Part shown: piece by piece, positions 28,546 to 39,026 of the stretch | Layout: every line of letters begins with the position of its first letter | Position numbering within the stretch: the first letter of the stretch is position 1 | IMG/VR virus record: IMGVR_UViG_3300030106_002045 | Length of the DNA: 64,000 nt | DNA from: an uncultured virus (IMG/VR IMGVR_UViG_3300030106_002045) | Lineage: Duplodnaviria; Heunggongvirae; Uroviricota; Caudoviricetes | Direction: 5' to 3' (one strand) | Notes under the pieces: model-generated | Seen by the model: only the letters and a program-made list of their open reading frames with translations | Told to the model about the DNA's origin: nothing | The model's database searches: none | Position numbers and translations under genes: made by a program

Positions 28546-29378
28546 TAAAAGAACCCTCCTAAAGCTTGACCTAATCCGGCTATTTGCATTGCTGTACTAG
28601 GTGCACCTACTGGTGTTCCAACAAATCCTGATCGTTCTTCTCCATAAGTTCTTATAGGAGCACCTGCTAATGATCCAATCATTTGTCTTACTTGACCAGC
28701 TGCAAAATCTCTTTCTTCTATAAAATCTCTGTATTGCTCTGCTAATGCAGCTTGTTCTATTCCTCTTGCTGTAGCACCAAATTGACCTAAACCTGCTGCA
28801 GCACCAGCAAGACCTGATAGTTGTGCTTGCGCCGATTGTAATTGTGCTGCTCTATCAGCAGCAAATCTTTGTGCACCTGATTCAAAACCTGCTTGACGTA
28901 ATCTACCAGATACATCAGCAACTTGATCTTGAAATCTTTCTCTTGATAAAGCTCTTTCTACACCTTCTCTACTTCCACCAAAAGCTCCCGCACCTACAGC
29001 TCTTGTAGTTAAAGCTCTATCTCCCATTTGATATGCTTCTCCTAAATCAGATATTGTAGATTGTATTACATTGTTAGTGTAAGGATTCATATATTGTTGC
29101 GCAGTTGCTGTATCAAAAGTTTGAGCACCTATTTGTGCTAATTGACCTGCTTGTGGTAAAATTTGAGTTCCAAATACATTTGCAACTTGTTGTTCTTGAG
29201 GTGTTAATTGAGCTATACGTTGTCCTTGAAATTGTGTATAAGGTTCTGTAAAAACATTTTCAGCACGTCTTAATGCACGTTCTTGTATTTCTTTAAAATA
29301 TTCTGGTATTTGCGATGTCACAGTTTGTTGTGACGGCGCTTGAATTACAGTTGTTTTTGGTTTAAAAAGACTACCCAT
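28545..29378 (-). CDS. putative DNA-ejection (pilot) protein
   Basis: Q/A/G-rich; YMNPY, AGAFGGSR, Gly-rich C-terminus. Confidence 0.65.
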   Translation of the reverse strand: MGSLFKPKTTVIQAPSQQTVTSQIPEYFKEIQERALRRAENVFTEPYTQFQGQRIAQLTPQEQQVANVFGTQILPQAGQLAQIGAQTFDTATAQQYMNPYTNNVIQSTISDLGEAYQMGDRALTTRAVGAGAFGGSREGVERALSRERFQDQVADVSGRLRQAGFESGAQRFAADRAAQLQSAQAQLSGLAGAAAGLGQFGATARGIEQAALAEQYRDFIEERDFAAGQVRQMIGSLAGAPIRTYGEERSGFVGTPVGAPSTAMQIAGLGQALGGFF

Positions 29379-29826
29379 TGATTATATATGTTCCTCCAAT
29401 ATTTTTATAACCTAATTTTAAAAAAGCATTATGTTTTCTAAAAACATCTTTTCCTTGCATAACCTCTAATATAGTTGTGAGATTATGTTTAATAGAATAC
29501 TCTTTCAAAACCAACATTATTGCACGAAAAGCCGGATAGCTTCTATGTTTAGGATGTACATGTAACCATAGTGTTCTTAAAAACTTCTTATCACTATACC
29601 ATGTATCATCTATTGTTGCAGCTAGTGTTCCTACAATAATATTTTCTTTTTCTAATACTATAACAAAATTATGTTTAATGTAAAATACTATGTTTTCTAG
29701 TATTTTAGTATTATTTATGTTACCAAAGTTAAAAGGTGCTTCATGTAACCAAGTTCTCAAACACTCTCTTATCTTAACAGCATCGCTTATTTTAGCTTGC
29801 CTAATATGATATTTATCTTTTTCCAT
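29371..29826 (-). CDS. GNAT-family acetyltransferase-like protein
   Basis: IRQA...D, VG...A, WLHVHPKHR, F.KLGY; a usual position before ejection genes in podoviruses. Confidence 0.7.
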   Translation of the reverse strand: MEKDKYHIRQAKISDAVKIRECLRTWLHEAPFNFGNINNTKILENIVFYIKHNFVIVLEKENIIVGTLAATIDDTWYSDKKFLRTLWLHVHPKHRSYPAFRAIMLVLKEYSIKHNLTTILEVMQGKDVFRKHNAFLKLGYKNIGGTYIING

Positions 29827-31660
29827 CAGGTCTTATATTAATTCTTATTGTTCCAAATCTCCAGTTATCTCCTAGATTTTGATTTTCAATTCTTACACTA
29901 GATTGTCTACCACGGATTCGTGTATTATAAAACCTAGTTGTGTTGTTAACTGTAATTGCTTCTCCAGTTGTTTTACTATCATTAGGATAATCTCTTGTTT
30001 TTAGAGTAATTACAGCATTACCTTCCATATTTTGAAAATCTGGAATAACTTTATTTATAAAACTAAATTCTTCTCCATCAGCAATATCTCCGTCTCCAGA
30101 TTGTATAAATGCTTCTAATGCTGTACCATCAGCATCGACACCTGATTCATGTCTATAAATTAAACTTCTACCTGCTGTTAAACCGTTTATTTGTGAAAAT
30201 GTATTTGCTGTAGAATTAGCTGTATATTCAGAAGCTAATGGATTTAATTCTACACCATTATCTTGATAAGTGCTTCTTTCTAAATTTCCAAAATACCAAC
30301 TGTTTTCTAAATAATTAAAAATAACATATCTATCTATTTGATCCGAGTTGCTTGAACAATAGTACCAAATAATTTCTGAAAAATTAGAAGTTTGTCCTGC
30401 ATAAACTTGTGCATATTGTGTTTTATTTATATCATTAAAAACATGATTTAAAACACTACAAGGTAATTCTTGAACTGCACCAGCATATCTAAAAAATTGT
30501 CCATCGGACATCCAATAAGCAATATCATCTACAACTATCGCAGCATTTAAACCAACTGATCCGCAATCATTACCTAATTGTCTAAAACCAAATATAAAAG
30601 GAGGACCTACAAAAGACATTGAATGCATTGTAGTATCTGTCCAAATAAGAATAGTACCTTTAGCAGGTCTAGCACATCTTATTTCACTACCACCTGCAAT
30701 TCTTTGTGATCCCGCAGAGTTTGTTGCATTAGCTGTAAATTGTTCAAAGTTTTCTTGATCACTAAAACGAATAAACATTTTATCTTGAGTAGAGGGTGTA
30801 CCAATAGTTGTTTCTGTTCCCATTAAAATTAAGTGTCTTGTCTCTGTTGAAATTACAGATAAAGTGCTTGCAGTAGGAACATTCGCTATTTCAGTTGCTC
30901 TATTATCAGAAAGTCCTTGAGAAGAATCATAATAATAAGTGCTTCCATCTCTTTGTGTAATTATTAAATCTTCACCCCAATTGTTTATAGACCATTGTCT
31001 CATATCAATAGTAACATTAGAACTTGATCTTGGTGTATTCCATGTACCTACATTCCAAGCTCCAGTGTTCCAACCAAAACCAAAAGTTTGTTTATCTGGA
31101 CCAATAGAAAGTTGATATTTAGCAGTACAATTAGCTGTGGTTGTTACATTAGCAGATGCTGTATTATTACTTGTTATTATATATGCATCCGCATTTGTTA
31201 TGGTAACAATTTCATATTCAGCATCAATACTCGTATTGGCTATGCCGCCAACATTTGCAACAGAACAATTTGATATGGTTACAAAATCTCCAACTTTAGC
31301 TCCATGACTACTATGATTTACAGTAATATTAGCACTGTTTGCAGTTGTATTAAATACACTGGTTAAAGAGTTGCTTTGTCTTAATGGAGTTATATCTGCA
31401 CTTGTACCTGATGCAAATACATAAACTTTTCTATCTGTACCTAGAGCTTCTAATCTTGCACCAGATAAAGCAAGCCATTGTTCTAAAGCTCTTCCTACTC
31501 CAACATAATAATCTTGACTAAATTTTTGCCAACCACCTATTTTTTGTGGCAATCCTTTTCTAAATCTTACTTTATCACAATCTGACCATCTACCTTCTGC
31601 ACCTGTTTCTGTGTTTTCGGTATCTATACCAGGTTGAAAATTTAATTGAGTTAATGGCAT
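29813..31660 (-). CDS. tail/nozzle (head-stabilisation) protein
   Basis: PGI......AEGRW.D.DKVRFR.G.P.KIGGW, beta-propeller-like, RGRQ...WR.G...PDGKR end; start set at MPLTQL. Confidence 0.75.
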   Translation of the reverse strand: MPLTQLNFQPGIDTENTETGAEGRWSDCDKVRFRKGLPQKIGGWQKFSQDYYVGVGRALEQWLALSGARLEALGTDRKVYVFASGTSADITPLRQSNSLTSVFNTTANSANITVNHSSHGAKVGDFVTISNCSVANVGGIANTSIDAEYEIVTITNADAYIITSNNTASANVTTTANCTAKYQLSIGPDKQTFGFGWNTGAWNVGTWNTPRSSSNVTIDMRQWSINNWGEDLIITQRDGSTYYYDSSQGLSDNRATEIANVPTASTLSVISTETRHLILMGTETTIGTPSTQDKMFIRFSDQENFEQFTANATNSAGSQRIAGGSEIRCARPAKGTILIWTDTTMHSMSFVGPPFIFGFRQLGNDCGSVGLNAAIVVDDIAYWMSDGQFFRYAGAVQELPCSVLNHVFNDINKTQYAQVYAGQTSNFSEIIWYYCSSNSDQIDRYVIFNYLENSWYFGNLERSTYQDNGVELNPLASEYTANSTANTFSQINGLTAGRSLIYRHESGVDADGTALEAFIQSGDGDIADGEEFSFINKVIPDFQNMEGNAVITLKTRDYPNDSKTTGEAITVNNTTRFYNTRIRGRQSSVRIENQNLGDNWRFGTIRINIRPDGKR

Positions 31661-31764
31661 AATAAAAACATTATATAACAAATACAGGAAAAATATAGTA
31701 ATTAATTAAAGGGACAAAAGGGTGGTTTGGTGGAAACTTCTTTTGCCCCGAAATTAGATAATAT

Positions 31765-32353
31765 TTATTTTTTTGGTAAAGTAAAGCCTTTAAACCATGC
31801 TGGTAATCCTATAAAAGGTCTTCCATCATATTGATTTTTTTTAGCATTTTTAGAATTAGCTTTATTATAATGTAAAAAAACTTGTCCGCAATCTTTTCCA
31901 TTAAATTCTTCTCTCCAATGTTCTAAATCGCAGCCAGAATATATTAACATATCTCCAGGATTTAAAGTTATTTTAACACCAGCTTGACCTTGTTTACCTG
32001 TAGGATCAAGGTATATTGGCCAATCATCACCACCTAAATTTAATGTAGTAGATATTTCACAAGAGTATCTATCTNNNNNNNNNNGATAATTTTAAACCTG
32101 TATGTTTTTCCATAACAGGTTTTACTTTTTGTAATAAAGTTTCCATTACAATATCACCATAATGAGAGTAAGTATTTGGCACTTGTTGATCATTCCATAC
32201 TCCAAAGTATTCTGTAAATGGAGATATATATTTTTGATCAAATAAAAATCTTGTTACATTTCTTTTATTTAAAAAATATTGATAAGTAAATTCTGCTAAT
32301 TCTTTTGATATTGCATTTTTTAAAACACTATATTTATTATTTTTAAACGACAT
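31765..32353 (-). CDS. 2OG-Fe(II) oxygenase, interrupted by an assembly gap
   Basis: Track ORFs 32069..32353 and 31765..31950 are one gene: ...HTGLKL[gap]DRYSCEISTTLNLGG.WPI...EHWRE...QVFLHY. Confidence 0.8.
32075..32084. other. scaffold gap (10 N)
   Basis: Run of n in the sequence. Confidence 1.
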
Positions 32354-33011
32354 TTAATACTCCTTTTGGTATAGCTTGACAATTCCAATGTATAAACCTA
32401 AATGGTTCGTAACCCATATCAACTATGTATTGATGCGGCATATATGATGGAAAAAAAATCATTCTTCCTGGTTTGACTTTAAAACTTATCTGTGAACTAG
32501 CATAAGTTATTTTTGTTTTATCTTTTTCTGGTAATAAATTCATAACATTTCCTGCTCTTGGATCTTCAAATAATGGCATAGATGTTTTTTCACTAGCTTT
32601 TAAAAAATAAAAACCAGATATATGACCATTCCAATGTGTATGTAAAGTATGATGTCCACCACCTTTTTTAGCAAATTCTTGTACCCACATCTCTGTAATA
32701 AATATTTGATAATTTGTTAAACTAAAACCCATTTCATCTAAAAGATTATGTGAAGTTGCTCCAATATAATTTTGTAACTCTTTAAATTTAGGATCATCAA
32801 TTAACGATGTTGAATGAAACACATAACCCATATCTCCTTTATCTCCAAGTTTTTTATTTCTTTTATCTATTTCTTTTTTTAAATTTTTTTGAGATTGTTT
32901 AATATATTTATCAGATGATTTATTTAATGATTTAACAAATTTAGGTTCGTCTGCAAACCATATTGGACATTTAAAATATTCTTCTCTAGTTAATTGTTTT
33001 GGAAAACTCAT
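32343..33011 (-). CDS. putative 2OG-Fe(II) oxygenase (TIGR02466-like)
   Basis: MWV, H.H...HISGFYFL, FEDPR, PG..IFFPSY.PH. Confidence 0.85.
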   Translation of the reverse strand: MSFPKQLTREEYFKCPIWFADEPKFVKSLNKSSDKYIKQSQKNLKKEIDKRNKKLGDKGDMGYVFHSTSLIDDPKFKELQNYIGATSHNLLDEMGFSLTNYQIFITEMWVQEFAKKGGGHHTLHTHWNGHISGFYFLKASEKTSMPLFEDPRAGNVMNLLPEKDKTKITYASSQISFKVKPGRMIFFPSYMPHQYIVDMGYEPFRFIHWNCQAIPKGVLNVV

Positions 33012-33637
33012 CTATAAGGCCACCCTAAATTCCATATTACTAAACTTTTTCTTTCTCCACTTTTTACTGGACATACTCTATGCCATACAAAAGAAGGAAA
33101 TATAACCAAAGAACCCTTAGGTAATATTTCTTTACATTTTTTAATATTAGGTTTTTTATCAGGGTCCATATTTCTAAAATCAAATTCTAATTCACCACCT
33201 TTATATTCTTTAGGATCTGATAAAGTTACTGTTACAGATAACTTTCTAATTTTACCATGTGATGGGTCATTAGGATGTTGTCTAATATAAGGTCTTTCCC
33301 AACTATCGCAATGCCAATCATAATATTGTCCTTTTACATATTTTGTAAATTGACAAGATTCAGAATAATCCCATTGAAAATTCCAACCAGCATTAGCATT
33401 AGCTTGATGTACATATGGTTGTATTTCTTTATAAATCCATCTATCATTCATCCAAACAATATTGGAATCTCTTTTCTTTTTTAAATCTTTTACTTGTTTA
33501 TTTGTTAATTTTTTATCACCAAAATTACCAGTTACTGCCATTTGATCTTGAATAGATTTTCCATATCTAGCAATATCATCACAAATTCTACTTGGAATTG
33601 CAGATTTAAAATACCAATAATAATTAACTAGGTTCAT
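33008..33637 (-). CDS. PKHD/prolyl-hydroxylase-type 2OG-Fe(II) oxygenase
   Basis: QFTKY..GQYYDWHCD, RKLS, Y.GGEL, FPSFVWHRV.PV..GERKSLV.W. Confidence 0.9.
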   Translation of the reverse strand: MNLVNYYWYFKSAIPSRICDDIARYGKSIQDQMAVTGNFGDKKLTNKQVKDLKKKRDSNIVWMNDRWIYKEIQPYVHQANANAGWNFQWDYSESCQFTKYVKGQYYDWHCDSWERPYIRQHPNDPSHGKIRKLSVTVTLSDPKEYKGGELEFDFRNMDPDKKPNIKKCKEILPKGSLVIFPSFVWHRVCPVKSGERKSLVIWNLGWPYR

Positions 33638-33683
33638 AAAATAGTTTAAATCTTTTTTACTTATTTTAAAACAAAAGTAAAGA

Positions 33684-35534
33684 TTAAGAAACTGTCAATG
33701 TACCAGAAACTGTAAACGTAGCTAATTTATCACCGCCAGGGTGTGTAGACGTGCTGTTTGTTCCAGGAGATACCGCAAAAGTTGTATCACTAGGTGCTCT
33801 TACAATAACAATACCTGATCCACCAGAACCACCAGCAATAGTATTTCCACCACCACCAGCTTTACCTCCAGTAGCACCACCTCCACCACCAGTGTTTGCA
33901 GTTCCATTGTTTGCTGGTGGGGCATTATTCTTAACACCAGCTCCTCCACCACCAGAACCACCAGCTCCAACGGTTCCATTGTTATTAAATGTGGATCCAC
34001 CTCCACCGCCAGCATACGCTGTGCAACTGTTGTTAATATTATTAGTTGCTCCAGCACCACCAGCTCCAGCAGCACTAGGTGTTGCGTTTGCTCCAGCAGC
34101 GGTTGCTCCACCACCGCCTCCACCTGCAGCCACTGCAGTTGGTCCACCCGAATATTGAGGATCACCTCCATCATTACCTTGTGGTGGATTTGTTGGAGGA
34201 CTATTACCTGAACCTCCTGGTCCTAAATAAGACCCACCACCACCGGATCCACCAGGACTACCTCCTGAAGTTGTGCCTTCATTAGTTGAACCTTCTGCAC
34301 CACCTTTACCACCACCTGTTGATGTTATTGTAGAAAAAGTTGAAGGATTTCCATCAGCTCCTAATAAGCCTGATCCTGGGCCAGAAGCTTGTCCTGCACC
34401 CCCACCTCCAATTGTAATTGTGTAGTCTCCTCCAGATAATTCTAATGTTGATCCTTGTAAAGGTGATGGACCATAACCTGATGCACGATAACCTCCTGCA
34501 CCACCGCCACCGCCACCAACTTGACAAGCACCTACTGTTCCACCACCAGCACCACCACCTGCCACCACTAAATAATCTATATTAAATAATTTAACTGGCC
34601 ATGTATCATCTTTTCTTGCTTGAAATTGACTTTTCATTGACCACACACCACTTGCTTTGTTTAATTCTTTTACAATAACTATTCCTGATCCACCTGCTCC
34701 ACCTGAAGTAGACACTTGGCCACCACCACCTCCACCACCTCCAGTGTTTGTTGTACCTGCTGTTCCATTGCTACCTGGTCCTCTACCACCTGGTCCACCT
34801 CCACCAGTTCCTCCTGCTCTTGGTCCACTATCTGGAGGAGTTCCGGGGCCATCACCACCTCCACCTCCACCACCATAAACTCCAGAGTTTGGTGTTCCTG
34901 GAAAATCTGGACTAAAATCTGTTCCTGCTCCACCTATTGTGTTTGTTGATGCTGCACTAGATCCACCACCACCTGATCCTAAGTAATTTGGTCCTGATAT
35001 TGGAGTTTGTGCTGCTCCTGGAAATCCTTCTACAGGATCAAATCCTCCAGCATTTCCTGTTCCTGCTGGAAAAGGCACTGCAATTCTTCTTCCACCACCT
35101 GATCCACCTGGTTGTCCTGCTCCAGCATTACTTGGTCCTCCTGGATTAGTTCCATCTCCACCACCGCCTCCACCACCAGTTGATGTGTAGGTTGTGCTAC
35201 CAATAACTATACTTGAATTTCCACCTTGTCTACCGGGTGCGGTTGGTGCTCCTGGAGTTCCCGCTGCGCCACCAGCTCCAATAGTGACTGCGCCTAAAGC
35301 TGTAGCTCCACAAACAGAAATTGAATTAATTCTTCTTGTTCCACCAGCTCCACCGCCACCACCACCGTCATTTCCACCGCCACCAGCTCCAGCAACTATA
35401 ATTGTATCTATTGATCTTGTTCCTGCTTGTGTTGTGAGTGCACTTGGTGAGCTTGCTGTTACAGATGTAACTGTATTTTTTCCAAACGAAGTTTTATTCG
35501 TTTTTCCTATTATACCGCCATTTGATCTGGCCAT
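33684..35534 (-). CDS. glycine-rich tail fibre / receptor-binding protein
   Basis: Two Gly-rich domains (VAGGGxGG...GGGGAGG...GGSGIVIV) joined by ASGVWS. Confidence 0.8.
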   Translation of the reverse strand: MARSNGGIIGKTNKTSFGKNTVTSVTASSPSALTTQAGTRSIDTIIVAGAGGGGNDGGGGGGAGGTRRINSISVCGATALGAVTIGAGGAAGTPGAPTAPGRQGGNSSIVIGSTTYTSTGGGGGGGDGTNPGGPSNAGAGQPGGSGGGRRIAVPFPAGTGNAGGFDPVEGFPGAAQTPISGPNYLGSGGGGSSAASTNTIGGAGTDFSPDFPGTPNSGVYGGGGGGGDGPGTPPDSGPRAGGTGGGGPGGRGPGSNGTAGTTNTGGGGGGGGQVSTSGGAGGSGIVIVKELNKASGVWSMKSQFQARKDDTWPVKLFNIDYLVVAGGGAGGGTVGACQVGGGGGGAGGYRASGYGPSPLQGSTLELSGGDYTITIGGGGAGQASGPGSGLLGADGNPSTFSTITSTGGGKGGAEGSTNEGTTSGGSPGGSGGGGSYLGPGGSGNSPPTNPPQGNDGGDPQYSGGPTAVAAGGGGGGATAAGANATPSAAGAGGAGATNNINNSCTAYAGGGGGSTFNNNGTVGAGGSGGGGAGVKNNAPPANNGTANTGGGGGATGGKAGGGGNTIAGGSGGSGIVIVRAPSDTTFAVSPGTNSTSTHPGGDKLATFTVSGTLTVS

Positions 35535-35543
35535 GATGTCCTC

Positions 35544-36056
35544 CTATTCGGACACCCAAGCTGTGCCATTCCAATCGTATTTGGTAGGTGTATCCGATGT
35601 ATCGTCTGATTTAGTAGCTTCCCAACCTGTTGTATTATCTGAATTATATTTATCTTCGTTCCAAGAAATAAAATATCTCCAAACAAATGGATCTGCACCA
35701 TCATCAGTAATTGTTGGATAAGTTATTGGTGCTTTCCAATCATCATTATCATCTAATGACCATGAAGCAAAAGGTTGTGGATTTAAATATTTATCTTTTA
35801 CAGGATCATAAATCATTCCTATTCCTGCATATTGTTTTCTAAAATTATGATTATAAGAAGTTTGTTTCCAAATTCCACCTTTAAAAAAATTAGTACACCA
35901 TGTTTCTCCATCTACATGCATATCATTAGAACCTAATGGTCCTGCTGATGTAGATATATCATTTCCTACTACAACAACTCTTTGTACAACTTGATGTGAA
36001 TCTGACGTAAATCCAGTTGGATCTGTCATTGCTTTTAATTCTGCGAAATGTGCCAT
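35544..36056 (-). CDS. tail-fibre-associated protein
   Basis: MAHFA, WKQTSYN.NFRK.YAGIG..YD...D......P..SW; this pattern usually flanks Gly-rich fibres. Confidence 0.75.
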   Translation of the reverse strand: MAHFAELKAMTDPTGFTSDSHQVVQRVVVVGNDISTSAGPLGSNDMHVDGETWCTNFFKGGIWKQTSYNHNFRKQYAGIGMIYDPVKDKYLNPQPFASWSLDDNDDWKAPITYPTITDDGADPFVWRYFISWNEDKYNSDNTTGWEATKSDDTSDTPTKYDWNGTAWVSE

Positions 36057-36122
36057 TTTTATTCTCCTTAAAGTTTATAATAATTAGTTTTATTAATTTT
36101 GTACATATATAATTTTCATTTA

Positions 36123-37970
36123 TTATGATACTGTTAATGTACCAGAAACTGTAAATGTAGCTATTTTTTCACCTCCAGGATGAGTAGCTGTTGCGTTAGT
36201 TCCAGGTGCTACAGTAAAAGTTACACCACTTGGTCCACGAATAATTACAACTCCTGGTCCACCTGCTCCACCTGTTCCGCCATTACCAGCACCTCCACCG
36301 CCACCACCAGTATTATCTGTTCCTGCAGAACCTGGATTACCAGCACCAGGAGATCCTGCTCCACCGCCTGATCCACCACTTGACCCACCAGCTTTTGATG
36401 GTCCTGGTCCAGCTCCACCACCTCCGCCTCCAGCAAACGCTGTTACAGAAAAAGGTGTACCACCACAATTAATTAAATTTGGAACTCCAGCTCCACCTGG
36501 TCCAGCAGGGTTTGCACTACCACAAACATTTGAACCTGATCCTCCAGCACCACCTCCACCTGCACCAGCTGAGGCTCCTGAACCTGGAGGTCCTGATTGA
36601 CCACCTGGATTTCCTTGTGGAGGACTAACTGGTGGAGTATTACCAGCTCCACCTGGTTTAGTAGGTACACTTGGATTTTCCCATCCGCCTGCACCACCAC
36701 CTGAACCTCCAGCAACACCTACTGTACAATTAGGTGCTCCACCACCACCACCTGCTGAGGTGATCATTGTTGTGCCTTCACTACCACATGTGTTAAAAAC
36801 TGAATTGCTTCCACTAGCTCCTGTACTTGGCGATGGAGATCCAGCTCCACCACCTCCTACTGTAACATAATAACTTGATCCAACAGGTACACTAGAAAAT
36901 GATAATGCTGAACCTCTTAAAGGAGAAGGACCATAACCAGAAGCTCTATATCCACCTGCTCCTCCACCGCCGCCTCTTATGGCTCCACCTGCGCCACCAC
37001 CAGCGACTACTAAATAATTTAAATCATAACTTTGAACATTAAATCCTTGCCAATCACCTGATTTTCTTAAATCAAAAACTGTATCTAAACTCCAAACACC
37101 AGATGCTTTTTTACCTTCATTAGTTTGACATTTTTCTGTAACAACAACTAATCCAGAACCACCTGCAAGACCTGGTTCATTACCAGCTCCTCCACCAGCT
37201 CCTCCACCTGTATTAGCTGTTCCAGCTACTCCTTGACAAGAAGGTCCGCCACCGCCATTACCTCCACCAAAAGCAGTTGCTCCTGGTCCGTTAACGTAAG
37301 CTCCACCACCACCTGCATATTTTCCACAATTTGGAACTGAATAACCTGCTGCTGCACATGCTAAATAAGGTGTAATATCTAAACCTGCTCCACCACCTCC
37401 ACCACCACTACTACCACTTGGCGCTGCTGTCCCTGGTGCTGATTTACCACCTCCACCACCAGCTCTTGAAGCATTGTTAGGTCCTCCTGGATTTCCTTGA
37501 CCAGGTTCTCCATTTCCACCTGAAGCACTCGTTCCAGATCCACATTCTCTACCACCACCACCTGAACCTCCAGGGTTTCCTGGTCTTGCAGGTCCTGCTG
37601 ATCCACCTCCGCCACCACCACCAAGTGTTGACAAAGGAGAGGCTGCTCCAAAAGTTGTATTGCTACCGTTTGCTCCTCTTGGACCTGCGGGATGTCCAGT
37701 TCCACTTCCTCCACCACCAATTGTAACTGGTACTGAACTTGCAGGTAATGGATGATTTTCTGTAACTGTCATTCCACCTGCTCCACCTGCTCCACCAGCA
37801 TCGTTAGCACTTCCTCCACCTCCAGATACAACTACAACAGTTGCATTACCTGGTGCTGCTGGATTACATGATGATTTATTGAAAGTTCCTGATGATGTAA
37901 ACGTAGTTACTTTATCTTTAAAAACTTGTGTTACTGTGTTAGGTGGTCCAATTATGCCGCCATTAGCCAT
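36123..37970 (-). CDS. glycine-rich tail fibre, paralogue of 33684..35534
   Basis: Same architecture; shared GGYRASGYGPSPL and THPGG.K.ATFTVSGTLTVS. Confidence 0.8.
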   Translation of the reverse strand: MANGGIIGPPNTVTQVFKDKVTTFTSSGTFNKSSCNPAAPGNATVVVVSGGGGSANDAGGAGGAGGMTVTENHPLPASSVPVTIGGGGSGTGHPAGPRGANGSNTTFGAASPLSTLGGGGGGGSAGPARPGNPGGSGGGGRECGSGTSASGGNGEPGQGNPGGPNNASRAGGGGGKSAPGTAAPSGSSGGGGGGAGLDITPYLACAAAGYSVPNCGKYAGGGGAYVNGPGATAFGGGNGGGGPSCQGVAGTANTGGGAGGGAGNEPGLAGGSGLVVVTEKCQTNEGKKASGVWSLDTVFDLRKSGDWQGFNVQSYDLNYLVVAGGGAGGAIRGGGGGAGGYRASGYGPSPLRGSALSFSSVPVGSSYYVTVGGGGAGSPSPSTGASGSNSVFNTCGSEGTTMITSAGGGGGAPNCTVGVAGGSGGGAGGWENPSVPTKPGGAGNTPPVSPPQGNPGGQSGPPGSGASAGAGGGGAGGSGSNVCGSANPAGPGGAGVPNLINCGGTPFSVTAFAGGGGGGAGPGPSKAGGSSGGSGGGAGSPGAGNPGSAGTDNTGGGGGGAGNGGTGGAGGPGVVIIRGPSGVTFTVAPGTNATATHPGGEKIATFTVSGTLTVS

Positions 37971-37984
37971 ATCAATTCAACCTC

Positions 37985-38341
37985 CTAATCTGATATTATC
38001 TCATATGAAATCAAACATTCAAGATCACTATTTGCAGAAGCTGTTCCTTTTATAATTTCTGTTTCTTCTAAATAAAAAGAACTATTTTTATCTACAACCG
38101 CAAGAGTTGCATCAGCAGGTACAGAAATTGTACTTGCAATAGCTCTATCATTAGAACCATCATTATATTTAATGGTTACGTCTGCAGCATTAGTGCCATC
38201 AATATTTGAAACTAAAATAGAATTAATTTTAAAAACAGTATTTGCTGTTGCTGTAACTAAACTTGTCTCTGTAGTAGTTAAAGCAAATACATCTGTTTTT
38301 CCATTTATCGTTGCAACATTGACTATATTTGGGTTTGCCAT
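37985..38341 (-). CDS. virion structural protein
   Basis: MANPNIVNV..I.G, N.DGT.AAD, VPADATL, YLEE, SYE.I. Confidence 0.75.
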   Translation of the reverse strand: MANPNIVNVATINGKTDVFALTTTETSLVTATANTVFKINSILVSNIDGTNAADVTIKYNDGSNDRAIASTISVPADATLAVVDKNSSFYLEETEIIKGTASANSDLECLISYEIISD

Positions 38342-38350
38342 ATTATCCTC

Positions 38351-38965
38351 CTATCCAAAAACAATTGCCATTGCAATAGCCTTACCTGTTGATATACCAG
38401 CAGTGGAAAAAGATAATTGTCCACTAGCATCCGTTGTCAAAGCTTGACCACTTGTTCCATCTGAAGATGGAAGTTTAAAATAAGTAGATGAACCAGTATT
38501 ACCTATTCCATCAACATTAACATTTCCTAAGTCAGCCATTACATCGAACATTTTTGAACCAGTTGTATAAACTAAAGTTTTAGCACCTTGTTTAAGTGCA
38601 ACTCCATTTGCAGCATGACCTGTATTTGAAAAAGTTAAAGTTTGTGTACCACTTGTATTGTTAAACACTGTATATTTTGTTTCTACTGCATCTGTAAAAA
38701 CATGTATATTTCCAGTTAAAGCTCCAGTAAATTCTAAAACTGCATTATGTACTTGGTCATCAGTACCAGCATTATCAGTGTTACCAGTTGAATTATTAGA
38801 AACCAATGTAACATTAGCACTACCAGCAACATTAACGGCTTGATATCCTTTAATTGAAGCATCTAATCTGTTAAAAACAAAATTTGTTAGATTACCCCAA
38901 TTTCCAGAGTTTTCACCTGAAGCTTGTCTTTCTAATTTTAATCTCGATGTATAAGTTGACGTCAT
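38351..38965 (-). CDS. virion/tail structural protein
   Basis: STY...L.LE....GEN.G.WG..TN, LP..DG..GQ.L.TD.SG.LSF, GKAIAMAIVFG end. Confidence 0.75.
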   Translation of the reverse strand: MTSTYTSRLKLERQASGENSGNWGNLTNFVFNRLDASIKGYQAVNVAGSANVTLVSNNSTGNTDNAGTDDQVHNAVLEFTGALTGNIHVFTDAVETKYTVFNNTSGTQTLTFSNTGHAANGVALKQGAKTLVYTTGSKMFDVMADLGNVNVDGIGNTGSSTYFKLPSSDGTSGQALTTDASGQLSFSTAGISTGKAIAMAIVFG

Positions 38966-39026
38966 GGTTTTTTATACCTTATTTATTAATTTATGTAAAT
39001 AATAATATGTTGTATTGATTTGTACA

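Noticed and set aside
31765..32353. Frameshifted pseudogene
   Set aside because: The break coincides with the N gap, so it is an assembly artefact
31765..33637. TET/JBP-type 5mC dioxygenases partnering the methyltransferase
   Set aside because: Motifs fit the PKHD/prolyl-hydroxylase and TIGR02466-like families, and the genes lie in the tail module; not excluded without a profile search
33800..37720. Alternative-frame V/E-rich ORFs inside the fibre genes
   Set aside because: By-product of GGT/GGA glycine codon runs
33684..37970. Diversity-generating retroelement template/variable repeat pair
   Set aside because: No reverse transcriptase in the window, and the differences are not adenine-specific
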